Source: Lepidodermella squamata (Eukaryota; Animalia; Gastrotricha). Taken from it: DNA of 64,000 bases. The position numbers were made by a program, and so were the translations under genes. Position 1 is the first letter of the stretch, and every line of letters starts with the position of its first letter. The stretch is from NCBI GenBank assembly GCA_047495785.1, contig JBLDXI010000036.1, positions 1,116,001 through 1,180,000 on the forward strand, read 5' to 3'. The notes beneath the pieces are model-generated. The model did no database searches and had not been told where the DNA came from. It saw only the letters and a list, made by a program, of their open reading frames with translations. Shown piece after piece: positions 34,888 through 48,200 of this stretch.

Positions 34888-37800
34888 TAAAAGATTTTCC
34901 ACTAAAACACGATCAAAAATCTAAAAGCCTGTTTTCCGGCCTGGCTGAGCTCGGGAGAAGAAGGGGGCGAGACGATCCTATTTCCTTGAAAGTCGCACAC
35001 TGAATTTACCTTCTCGATAAAACAATACGTTCGTCGCGGGGTTGTAATATATTCGGAACAGCGCTTCGTTTTCATAGAACTCAAGAATAGGAAATTTGGC
35101 ATCGGAGAAATCCGCAAATCCAGCGTACAGGGAAATCGCGAATGAACTGTTGAGAATGAGCTTGCTACTTGCCACTTCCAAATAGCTAGCTGAACTTCCG
35201 ACAGAGAGTGCTGCGTTAGGATAGTCGAAGGGCCCGGGAACGAACGAGGCGGGAGAGTTGCCAACCAAGGCTGCTTCGATGTTATTGCCACTAATATCAC
35301 GTATGCCGTATTCCTGCGTGAGAGGGTAGAAAGCCATATTGCGTGGTAGACCGAAAGAAGTCTCTGCAGGTGGATTTATATTCTACTGAAAACGCGGATA
35401 AATAAAGGAAAACATACTCTGATTGCAGTTATCCAATGTGGCGTAAGTGGTGCTATCGGATTGCGTCTAATTTTTCAAATTTCGAAAAAACTGAATTAGT
35501 AAGAAGATGCCAATCATACCGAATTTTCCGGACAGCTATCTGTCACGGCTACGCACGTGGCCGACATCAGAAGCTGATTCTTGCAGAGCTTGTACTGAAA
35601 TATAAAAAATAACTTAATTTAATTAAGTTTTTCTGGAAAATTAAATGGGAACTTGGATGGGAATATTTGAAATTGCTGAATCAAATCATAAATTATATTC
35701 ATTATACCGTATACGACGTAATTTTCGTTGTGTTTTTATTTTCGCGATTCGGGTTTTCGAGCCTGTACTTAAATGTTCGTGGTTACATTGGGGAATTAAG
35801 AAATCCTAAACAATGGCGAATTAATCACGTAAAATCTATTTAAATTAGCTCATTCCCACACAATTCCACGCTAATTTTCGAATCACTCTATCTGAAGCCT
35901 AAAAGCTCCCTGAAATATAAAATTTGAGACGACGTTATAAACATTTTGCTCTTAACTTAACAATTAACAAATTTATAAATTAACAAAATTACCCGCAGTT
36001 CCATTTGACAGGCGTTGTGATTTTCTTCGAAAGACGTTGAGCTGCCATAGACTTTAACCTGGCAGCAAGAAATATTTCAAGACATATTTCAATTCTGAAG
36101 AGTATTCGTTATGACCAGCTAACCCGCGTTCCACTCGGAACAATTCCATAGCACTGCTTGCCCTTGCTTGTTTCGCACTGAACAGCTCTCTGTTGCAGCA
36201 TTATGGAAAAATATAAAAGATGGCGCGTCATTTAAAATGTTACTCCATTAAGGCAGTTTGCCCTGTTGGCGAATGTCGAAGACGAAAATTCTCGCGTTTC
36301 AGACCCAGCCTGACATCCTGTTGTCTCGAGGCGGCAATCGATGAAGCTCCCGTCAGACGTGCTGAAGCATCTGACATGCGGTTTCTCACTATCAGCAATT
36401 TGTACTAATAAGTGCATGATAAGCTAGTTAGTTAAACATTATTAGGGTTTGAAAGAAAAAACGTACAAGATGTGCCTGAGATGCAGAGGCCTAAACTGGC
36501 GTACGAGCCACCGCCTTCGAGCTATTAAAATAGAACAGCAATTATAAGGGTGAAACAAGAGAGCTAGAGAGGCTAAATTCTTTCAAACCCAGTTCTCAGG
36601 ACACGTGAAGTTGGATGGAATACATGTTTTCACCACTCCGCTGTCTGTGCATCGCTTGAAAGATTGATTCTGAAGATCAAAAGTTATAACATGTACTGAA
36701 ACTGAAAGATTAAGCGCTGATGAAATTACCGCAAATTTCGATAGCGCCGCATTGCAAGCGGCTAAACTGTCCTTCAGGGCGTTATTCCTGAACCAATCCA
36801 GCTAAAACATAATACAGTTATAACGAAATAGTTGATGGAGCTGTAAATTCACCTCGATTTCTCTGTCTTCAGCTGTTTCGCTGGTTAATTTGCAGTTGCC
36901 TAGGCCGGGATTGCAATGCGGTGTCAGGGCGCCGTATTTGTAGCACATTTTAGCATTCTGTGTTCGATACGGATCAACATAATTAGCAGTTGACCAGAAA
37001 CGTGAATATCAAGTTTCTTACCCCTGATCGGCATGATGGCAAATCTGGGAACAACGGGCCCCACTGGCGGATAAAAAAAAAATTTACAATCACATCGAAT
37101 GACGTATAAAAATGAATAGCTTCTCTTTATTCGAGTTTTTGTGCATTTTTTTTTAAATCAAATAAAAATACTTCAAACCCTTGATTTGTACGTTAACGTG
37201 AGCGGTCAAAAAATCTCAGAATTCTATCTAATGTGAATGTCCAATTAAAAAATTAGTCACCACTATAAATTTGTTGGAAACAAAATCAATAAAATTCTCT
37301 GACTTGATCGCAGGATGGCTAATAGCCGAGAACAATCACTCATACGTTTCATACATTCAAAATTACGGTTGAGAAGAGGCACGCGACGAATTTAGAGTTC
37401 GAAAATGAAAAAAACAGCGAGAAGAAATGGGCTTTTATTTAAGTGATCAAAATTGAAAAATGAGTGAATAAATGCTTAGAACTGGAATAAAACGATAAAT
37501 AAAAAAATATCCGAGAATTTTGAATCGCAACCATCTTCATTGCGGGATCTTTATCGCTCTAAGCACAGAAAATTTAATTTTAATTCCTGATTTTAGCTAT
37601 TTTTTTAACCCAAGTCCAATCCCTCTTGACGAAAAGCTGCGATTTATTAAAAAATTTAAAATAACCTGATTATCACTGTAGGTAATAGGTTACAATTGAC
37701 AAAGGGGAAAATTAAAAATTAGCAATTTTAAGGTTGAATAGTGATCAATTATTTAAACATTTTAAAATAAAATACCTGATACTCGGTGATAGGATCGCAG

Positions 37801-39201
37801 GTGGGGTTGTTATCGCGGCAAGAATTAAATGCATTATTTGTCACCTGGAAGCATCGCTTGAAAACTTGGCTCGATGCTAGGCTAATGAGAACGATCGAAA
37901 TAAATGCTGGAATAAATGCTCTCATTGCTGCTTTATTTGAAAAAAAATAAATGCTTAATGGTGTGAACTAGTTGAAAATTCGTTGATCCGGTCCGTTTTT
38001 GGTTGGCTCTTGGCGCGTGCTTCAATTTGCTTCGAAAACATCACATGATATCTCCTGGTGAAAACATAACACGCAATAGAAATACAGACAGAATTTTACT
38101 GCTTTAACCTGACCTGTCCAGGCATGGACAACGGGCTCAACTTAATTAATGAAAACAAAAATTGCTCATCACCCCAAAACCCGTATCTGCTGAATATTTT
38201 TGCAGAACGATTGACGCCTGAAACCGAATTCCCTAATGGCAGACATCCGAAAAAAGTTGGTGATGTGAGGTTCAGTTTAGGTTCAGAAGTGAAGCTTTTG
38301 TGCACATTTCAATTTTTCATTTTTCAAAATTGAGCAGAGATGACTCGGAAACGGTGAGGAATTAGCACATATGAGATTCTGTGAGCTTTTTCATATGGGT
38401 TCGGATTGTTTTTGGTCAAATACGAGCCCGAGGAACCTCAGAGTTAAAGAACACGAAGTTTTCAAAAGTCACAATTCTTAAGCACATCTATTAGGTAACC
38501 TCACCCTATGCTTTGTTCTCCCTGTTTAAGATGGCTTTTGTACAGCCTTGCTCAAGATGAAATGAAAATGTCCATCTGTTGTGTTGTCAAAATCACAAGT
38601 AAATCCGTTCTAAAACTACGTCTCCACTACTACAGCTGCCCTCACTGAATATGCTCAACAATCATGTGTGGCTTTTTCTTAACGTCATTATTAAGCTGTC
38701 CTCTCTCGTTTCTTGGGCGTAGAAGCTTTAAAATAAATAAATAAATTATGCGCAAATAAGCAAAGCAAGTATAACGCGTGTGAGATGCTTCCATGCGCCT
38801 TTTGATTCCTCACGGTTCTCGCTTCCAAAATAGTTGAATCCACGACTCACTATAGGCAGTTAGGCGCGTCTGCAACAAAGTGTACCCAGGTTTTTTGAAA
38901 AATTCAGCCGCACTCCACGGATTTCCGACTAAATTCAACTGCTTCTCAATACGTGAGCTATTTCAACATTATTTTTAGCTTGTTTATCAGAAACGGCATA
39001 GTTGAGCCCGTCTAGCACTGTGGACATGGAACCCAAAGAATGCTGATTATCCAAGTTATCTTTGATAAGAAAGCGACAATGCATAAATTTATTTCTTCGA
39101 ACTGGTTGACATTCAATAAATTACCTTCAGAATCACATTAGTAACGACAATTCAATTTAGCATTAATTAATTAGAAGCAAATAGTTATCGTTTTTCTTGG
39201 T

Positions 39202-42200
39202 TTAGCGCATGCCTGGAACTGCGAAAGCGGCGCAGTTGATCTCGACAATTCGCAACTGGTTCACAGTAAGAGCCTGGTTGAATATGTTCAGACAAGTCAA
39301 ACCATCACCATACTGACTTTCCGGATCTTCCCAGGATCTGCAAGAAAGGCAATTAGTTGGAAATTAAGCTGTGTGATGATTAGACACTTACCGCCCAATG
39401 ATGAATTTACCGCTTTTCGTGATTGGTCGCGTGCCATTCCATATCAAACGACCCTCAACGTCATCATAAAAACCCAGTTTGTTGCCGTCCGCATCGAGCG
39501 TGACTGCTAGAAAATACCAGTATAGGTCATATTGAGAGAGGAAGGAAGCGACGAAAGTATCATCGCCGTACGGCCGAAGGTTGAACTTGCCGCCTGCTGC
39601 ATAGATCCCAAGTCCCGGCGTAGATCCGTCAGGGGCGAATTCGAGAATCGGCTGCTTCACATTAGGGTGTGCTCGGCTGGGAATCGAGGCGAAGAGTGCG
39701 ATTGTGAAACTACCAGTGTCGAGCTTGACTTTGTCAGCAGTCACAACAATAGGATCAGCCGATTTGTAAAGGAATGTGGAGTTGTCCATTCCGGAAGGGC
39801 CCTTAGTGGTAGACAGAGGCGTGTTAGGTGGCGTGGCATCGGCCTTAGGATCGACAACATCTTTGAAGTCAGAGACAAGCGGCCAAATAGCAGTGTTCGA
39901 GGGCAGAAGGGTTGTCAAAGCTTCGGGCTGCCAAGTTTTACCTGCGTGAATTTGCAGACACTTCTTCCTCACGATCCACAATTGTTCCAACGATAGAGCT
40001 TGATCGAAAACTGACACACACGTTATTTGACCAGAATGACTCGGCAAAACATTCTCGTCGCCGGCGAAACTCCTCCCAAACCTGATTTTAGTGCTCGCAA
40101 TAGCTGGAAACCCAAAACTCTCTGTCCAATAATACTTGCCGCAATGTGAAGATATTTCGTTAGATGTGCTGTTGTATGAAACGGCGATAAAGAACCATGC
40201 CCCAATGTTACAGCATACTTTTTTAAACGAATGTTCCATGTATTCTGTAAATAGTGAAACAATAAATATTATTTTTCAACTAATTTTCTTATATGATGAC
40301 TTTTAATTTACGTGAACAATTTGTTTACGTTAGAAAGGAAATTATAATGCTTGGGGCAGAGGGGTTTTTTTTATTCGCAAAAATAATACACGATGTAATA
40401 CACGATAATACACAAAATACAGCATATACTGTTCGAAGTGTTGCGAATAAAAAAAACCCTCTGGTGTTTACGGTTCGATAGCTTCATCTTAATCTTAATC
40501 TTGATCTTTAAAGACGACGTTTTTTATCTCACCATTCAAGATCGTGCGCGCGTTTGATCTCTCGTACTTTATTCACTCACAAGCGCTACAACTATAGCCA
40601 TTGTTGATGGGATTTAGTGAATGGTAGTTCATCCGCATCTTCAATTTTTGTAAAACTAACTGCACATGTTAGTGCCTATTTTTTCCTGCTTTTTCTGTGC
40701 TGCTGCTGAGTGATAAGAAGACAAAGAAAAAAGTCAGCTCCAAAGAGTTTTGTCTAAATTAAATAATTTGAATTTATATGGCCACATGCCACATTTTGAT
40801 TCTATAGAATCTCAGCCACGTCGAAAATTATCGTAAAAAATTGAAAGAAAGCAAAGAAATGTACACCAGGCTATCATGGATCTTGGATATATAGCTAACC
40901 AAAAAAATCAGCGTCACCTTAGTAACAGAGAAAAAACCTAGCGAGGCATTCAAAATACTGAAAACAATTGTGGAGGGGGCCTGATGCCACCTGGAAATGC
41001 GTGCACGGGAAAAATTTACTGTACATATTAATCTATCAATCTATCTTAATCTCGTTTGCATGCCGCTTAAGCGAAACTTGAAGGAAAAGTGGCCTGACTA
41101 CTTGGCGCGAGGCATCATCGGCATTTTATATGTAGTGATGCCCACAGTTTTTCCGGGACCAAGAGAGAATGATAGGCTTGAGTGCATAGACAACACTGTA
41201 ACAGATAGGAAACTAACGATCTTTCCATAGTGAATTTATTCGAGCTGTTATTGCAAAAAGGGCGGCACTCGACCGCTTTTTATGCCACCCAGCGCCCTAT
41301 CCGCCCATTATAATTTTAATTAATTTCAAAAATTAAAAAAGAGGCAGGTACCTCTTTTGAAAATTTTGATTTTCTGCTCATAAATACTTGAAGCGGCCCT
41401 CTATCTAATGATACCAGGCACACCTAGTGTTCCCATATGGATAATTTTCTAAAATTCGCCAAAAAGTGCTATATTTGGTGTTTTTGGGCAAAATTGCCAT
41501 TCTTCTGCCACGGTTGGCTCTTTCGGAAAAATTTTGAAAAATTTGAAAAAATTAGTTTATCCACGTTGAGAAATTTCTCTATCCGACGATATAAAATTTG
41601 TAGGGTAAATAATTTATTTCAATTTTCCGATTTTTTCCGAGCTCGAACATTTTTTATTTGCTAGAATATTTCTGAATAAAGCAACGCTGTGAGAGAATTC
41701 AAAGTCCAATATGCATAGCCGGAAAAAATCGGAACATCGAAATAAATTATTTACCCTACCAGTTGTTAGCGGTCTGATGTTATCGTTAACATAATTAGGA
41801 AATACGGCATCAAACTTACTCGAAACGGTTGTCGCATAATAGGGTGAGTAAGGATTGATCTGCATTCGCAATTGCGCTGCATCGTCGTAGAACTCAAAAA
41901 CCGGGAAGTAATTCTTGGAGAAATCCGAAAAGCCAACTGAAGGGTTGATATCCCTGACCTGGTTCGGGGGAAACTAATAACAGCGATTAGACTGAATAAT
42001 ATACAAGGCAGTTCAGTAAAGCAGATCAACTGATAACTTTATTGTCATGATTTAGGGCTTATATAGCCAAGAGGACGCCAAATTAGATGAGTTGTAATGA
42101 AGTGCGTCACGTGATATTACTGTCACGAGCGCTAGCTAGAATAATAAGAATGGACTACTGAACTAATAATTGGGACAGGGTACATAGCGATCCTCTCATA

Positions 42201-45200
42201 TGCCCCTCCCTTACAAGTAAACGTCTTACGTTTTTTTATGAGAACAAGCAAATTAAGAAAATCACGATGAATCACAGGAGAAAAATTCGAAGTTAGTCTT
42301 CAAGCATCTTCATCATAATCATCTTCTTCATGTGTTTTGCCATGTCATCGCCAGCTTGCTGTGGCTTTGGACGCCCCAGAATCCCCCAACAGCGGCTGGC
42401 AGCATGGCCAAGTTTGCCGCAATTCGAGCAAGGCAGGGCAGAGCGACGAAAGTAGCCAGCGCCAGAAGTAGAGCCAGGGCCGGGGGGAAGAAGAGCAGCA
42501 GGGGCATCCGGTACAGCAGAGGCGGTGGCGACAGAGGGCAGAACAGTGGCAGGAACAGCGAGGGGAGGAGCAGGCAGAAGGGCTTCCTTGAAGGCGGTGG
42601 CCATGGCCTTCACAAGGCGGGTCCTGATGGACGCAGACGTGACGTGCTGAAGGATCAGAGGGATGAACAACAGCTTCCAGTCTGGTTCGCCACTCATGGA
42701 GGAAGCAGCTTCGCCAACCTGGGTCCTGGTTAGTCGAAAGTCGAATTTGGCATCGAGGATGCCGTCGCAGGCAAAAGCCGATTGAGCTATTGTTTTTACG
42801 AGGAATTCGTTTTCGGATTCGGTTGCGGGCAGGGCTGCGCTGAGTTGGTGCATCTCGATATCAGACATGATGATTAAATAACTGAAATTCCTTTGAGAAA
42901 GCGAAGATAAATATGATTGAAACTGAGAAGGCAGGGTGGTTGGTTGAAATTCTGTGAATTTTTGAGGGTTTAAGTAGAGGATTTTCCAATTATTGGCTGT
43001 GTGGCGTAATTATTGATGACAAGGATTGATAGCCATCATTGTACGGATGCCTTATTGCGATCCGGAAATCATTAGCAATTTTTAAAAAAATTGAAATTTC
43101 TGAAATTTTAGTCAGTTCTGTAATGAGCTAGTGAAGTTCCATTATAATTAGGCCGAGATAACAAAATGATGCCAAATGATATTTACAGTAAAATTTGAAT
43201 TGCGAATCCCATGATTAACTTATAATGTCCATTATCATAGCAATTTTCCAACCGACAACACTTTGAAGACTGCTCGATGACCTTGATGTCAAAACCAATT
43301 TTCCCTATCCTGGTTTCATGCTTTTATTGCTCATAAATGAAATATGGCATAAACATAGTCTAGCGTTAGAAAAAGTGGCAGATACAAAGCTCAACCTGAT
43401 TTCTGGTGCTAGCCAGGAGTAGAGACACGTTTCCGGTACCAGATTTAAAATTTCAACGCTCAATTTTTCCATTCACACTGTCCATTAATCAACACTCATG
43501 GCGGATTGCGCAGATTCGTAGTATTTTATATAGGTACTGAGAAGTTAAGAATAATTTTATTCATTCCAAGAAAATTGGATTAATTTATGAAGTGCCAAGT
43601 GGCAAACTAATTATATTCACATTATGAAGAGAAGACCTTCAATTATTATTTTTATTCATTTATTTTTTGTATCACTGAAAATGCTGTTGACAAACGATGA
43701 AAACTTCTCTTTGGCAGAGGACAGCAAATTTGTGCCCTTATTTTCGATGACAGGATTTACATCAGTATTTCTGGCTTTCGATCTTGTATTATACTGGTGG
43801 GGAACAGTCTTCTGCCCATCAGTAGCCAATATATTCGGGATGGAATAGTCGATAGCTTCTTCTCCTTCTTCTGTCACTTCTTCGATAGGATGGAAGATCA
43901 GGTGTTCAGGCTGATTTTTCCACAAGTCAATTTTTGAGACATTTACAGTGTCCGTATTAGATTCGCCGAATTTCAGCCTGACAATATTAGCGTTATCCGG
44001 AAAGACTTCTACAACTTCGAATGGACCCGCGAAGCGGTCACCGAATTTGCCGTCGCGATCAATGACCTTTTTTCGTACCAAATCACCCACCTTAAAGGAA
44101 ATGGGTTTCAAATTGGCATCAGCGCGCTTTTTCCGTGATTCGAAGTCAGCCTTGGCCCTTGTTTGAGCCTCTTTCCAGATTTTTGACATGATTTTCATTT
44201 TTTCTTCAATATACTCGGATGGAGAGGTGGTTTGGGTAATTTTGTTGTCACCGCACATGAGATAAAGTGGATCCTTGAGCTTTCGCCCAAAGACCATCTC
44301 ATGAGGACTTACACCCGTGGCTTTGTGAGCAGTAGCATTAAATGCATATGTTACAACATCAAGGTTTTTGTCCCAGTTTTTGCGGTATTTACGCGCCATC
44401 ATTGCAATGGTGTCGGCCAGAACCCGATTATACCTTTCCGTTACACCGTCACCTTGAGGATAATAACTCGTAGTTCGGACTTTTTCAATACCCCACTTTT
44501 CACAAAAGTCTTTAATCAGGTCACTTTCAAATTGGGTGCCACGATCAGTAAGTAGAACGTCGGGTATTCCGTACTGCAAGAAATAGGACTCAAGGGCATC
44601 GGCCGTCGCTTCAGCTGTGATTGTTTTCATTGGTTTTGCTTGGGCGAAGTGGCAAAAATGTTCAACAATCGTGAGGATGTGAGCATTGCCCCTTATGGTA
44701 GGCGGGTTAATGGGGCCTACGAAGTCAATGGAAATCATTTCGAAAGGTTTCGATGCCATAAGTGATTTCATTCCGCCGCGTAGAGCTCGAGTTTCGGCTT
44801 TACGTTTTTGACAGAGGTCGCAACCTTGGCAATAATGCCTAATGTCCGATGGCATCAGTGGCCACCAGTAATGATCCCTGACACGTTTGATAGTTTTATT
44901 GCTACCAAAATGACCGCCGGAAGGAGCATCATGGCTTTGGTACATGACGTATTTTCGCCACGCTCTTGGAACAAGGAGTGAAAGTTCACCAGTAGGTAGA
45001 CGTTTGCACCAGGCATTTCCACGAGAGGGATCTTGTTCAAGGCGATCAAAATTACGCATGATACAATCAATTCGCTTCTTAGTTTCAGGATTATCAATTT
45101 CACCGATTTCTCGAGTGCCTTGTTTTTTGGAATTAATCACAGGGCCTATTTCAGGATCTGTCCATTGAGCCTGACTAAGCTCGTCAAAATTCCAGCTTAA

Positions 45201-48200
45201 TTCCTTCAAATAGATCAAATGGATGAAATCGGTTTCCTGATCTTCTGAGGGAAAGCATCTCGTAAGTGCATCAGCATATTGATTCTTTCCTGGGACATAT
45301 TCTAGTCGAAACTCGAATTCTTGCAACTCCAGCATCCATCGGTTCATTTGAGCATTAGGAGTTTCAAGGGTTCTGAGCGCAAGCAGCGGTTGATGATCAG
45401 TTCGGATCACGAAAGTTTGACCCAGCAAATATTGCCTGAATTTTCTAGCTACAGACCAGAAGATGGCATACGCCTCCTTTTTAATGGTGGCATAATGTCT
45501 CTCAGCCTGAGTTAGACTTTTGCTCGCTGATGCTACAAGTTTCAACTTGCCGTCTACTTCTTGGCAAAGCAAAGCACCGAGTGCCTCATTAGATGCATCG
45601 GTATATAGAATGAAGGGCTTGTTGTAGTTAGGAGGTGTGAGAACTGGAGGGTTCAAAAACGCCTTTTTAACCTTTTCAAAAGATTCTAACATCTTATCAG
45701 TCCACTTCAATTTGCCTTTGCCTTTGCCACCACCTGTGGCTGCCGTTAACGGTGAGACTAATTCAGCATAATCAGGCACGAAATTCCTTAGAAAATTTGC
45801 CAGACCCAAAAAGGCTCTCAGCTTCTTGATCGTTTGAGGGGGTTCACAATTTCGAATTGAACTCAATTTGTTGGGATCAGCGGCTATACCCGATTCAGAA
45901 ATTATTGTTCCAAGAAATTTGACCTCTTTTACAAGAAATCGACATTTCTGAGGCTTCAAAAGCATTCCTGACTTGAGAATCCTAGATAGGACTTCTCTTA
46001 GCCTTTCCAACATTTCTTCGATAGTATCGGCCCAAATGTTGATATCATCCTGTAAAACGACGCACGTTTTATATAAGAGTCCGTCAAGAAGTTGATTCAC
46101 ATAATTCTGCATTTCATTCGATGCATTTTTTATTCCAAATGGCATTCGAGTGAAGCAATACACACCTGATCTTGTTCGAAATGCCGTTTTTTCTTGATCT
46201 TCCTCGCGAAGGGGGATGGTCCAGTAGGCTGAACTAATATCTATTTGGCAATAGAATTTATGTCCAGCTGCGGCTTCGATCAGTTTAGGCATGTTCGGCA
46301 TAATTTGGGCTTCTGGTTTCAAAAACGGATTCATAGGTGAAAAATCAATCGTAAATCTGAGCTTATCGCTATCTTTTTTCTTCACCAAAACCGGATAAAA
46401 TGCAAATTGCGCATGAGGACATTCACGAATGATGTTATTCTGAAGCATTTCATTTTTGTGTTCCTCAATAATTACATCTTGAGTGGGCGAAAAATTCTTC
46501 GGTTTGATAACAAATTTGTTAGCATCAGCTTCAGGTAAGAAATCAATTTTATGGTGGACGCCTTTTGCAAGACCCACCTCGCCGCGCTTGGAAAAGCATG
46601 GGTAATTATCGATAAGATTCATTATTTTCGCTCTTTCCTCAACCGAACTGTCTGGCATCGTTTCTTTCAGAAACTGAGCCCAATCAAATTCCTTCTCACA
46701 CATCTGTGGAACACAAATGCGATCAATGTCCTCATTATTACAAAATTCATCTTCTAGGTCGTTAAACCATTGCTTGCTGTCATACGAGATTACAGGAAGG
46801 GATGAACCTTTCTCAGTTAAGTACATCGGCAGGTGGTAGAAATTCGTTGGAGTTTCACCGACTAGCAACACAATCTCACCCTTGGAAAAGCCGATCGATA
46901 CTTTGGGCATGTTTATGCACCACGTGGTATTCTTGTCATCGTCTTCAAATTTCAAATTGCCATTTTTATGTTCAGTGATAGCTTTATTATTTTTCAAAAA
47001 TGTGCGGCCTAGAATAATAGTATCCTTTAAGACCGTGCTAGCGATAATAAAAGTGTCCCTCAGCTTTTTTGTGCCGAGACTAAAAATAAGCGTGACTTGC
47101 CCTTCATGTGGCAGATCAGTGCCATTGCCGCATTTCAAAATGACTGGGCACTTTTCAATATTTACATCAGTAAGTTGTTTCACAACACTCATTGGAATCA
47201 AATTGTATTTACATCCCGTGTCGACAACACAAACTTTCTCAATGCTTCCAGGAAGAGTTATCACATAAGCCAGCATATCACGACTGCCTTCAGCTTCAGG
47301 TGATAAAAGGAAATTATTTACATTAGAAGGGCTCTTTTCGACCTGAGGCACATTCATCGACCGGGTATCATCTAGTTTTTTGAATTACTGGTCGGTTGGT
47401 TGCGAGGCTTGGGGCAATTACGCTCAATGTGGTAGCGGTCACCACAGTTAAAGCACCCACGAATACTAGGATCACGCCAGTTTGAGGTTGCAGGTTGATA
47501 CTGCTGATTATTCCCACTGACTGCAGTTTGAGGAAATCTCCTATTTTGAAACGGAGCATTAGGAGTGTTGGAATAATTAGGCATCTGAGGCCTGCTGGGA
47601 AACGCCGAAGGTGGCGGATTGAAAGCATGAGGGTGGTTGTAGTACACCTGAGGAGCCTGTGTTGAAACTTGAGGAGTATCAAATTGTTTTGAAGCTAATT
47701 GTTTCTGAAAATCAGTGAACATATTCTTCAGGTCTGACACTTCACTTGCTAGCTTCTTGTTTTCCGTTTCAGCATTGGTAACAGAAGAAGTGACCTTAGA
47801 AGGTTTAGGATCCTGACCGCTCAATTGACTCGCAGTAATTGGGCCACTTAATTTAGCCTGAGTATTCTTTTTTTCCCAACTCCGATTCTCATTTTCAAGA
47901 AGCTGAAGAACCGCCGCATATTCAATGTGGGGATCTTTGTCCCATGCTTCAATCAGAATAGTTTGGATTTTCTTATTCGACATGCCTCCAATTAAGCATT
48001 CTGTGGCCCTGTCACACGCATCTCGTCCACCATTTGGGTAGCCGATGGTGACGAAAGACTCTATCTGTGAGATAAACACATCGATAGTATCATTTCCCTG
48101 AATAAGGTTTTTCAAGAAGACACGGGCAGTGCCCTGAGATACGGCAGTGCCTTCTGGCTGGCAAAGTCTCGCAATTGTCGCATCGAGAGATACGACTCGC

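Larger units (their letters stand above)
30750..37925 (-). pseudogene. Paralogue A2: 6 four-Cys modules + LamG1, with a frameshifting deletion before LamG2 (pseudogene or truncated gene)
   Basis: ATG at 37925; exons collinear with A1/A3; LamG exons ~35364-35010 and ~31707-30950; at ~31369 the frame gives LTTLL-HYMARPFW* while the homologous GPFG..SSDPIVVTADKV continues in another frame; last exon ends VPGMR* at 30750. Confidence 0.8.

Noticed and set aside
39532-39996. Plus-strand ORFs such as 39532-39996, 42332-42733, 31037-31462, 11602-11832 and 46882-47268
   Set aside because: Antisense shadows of real minus-strand coding exons
42293-42868. ORF3 as env
   Set aside because: Too short; no signal peptide, furin site plus fusion peptide or C-terminal TM anchor; it has a CCHC knuckle instead
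43656-43950. Chromodomain at the integrase C-terminus
   Set aside because: The tail after the GPF motif is acidic and low-complexity, with no recognisable chromodomain motif
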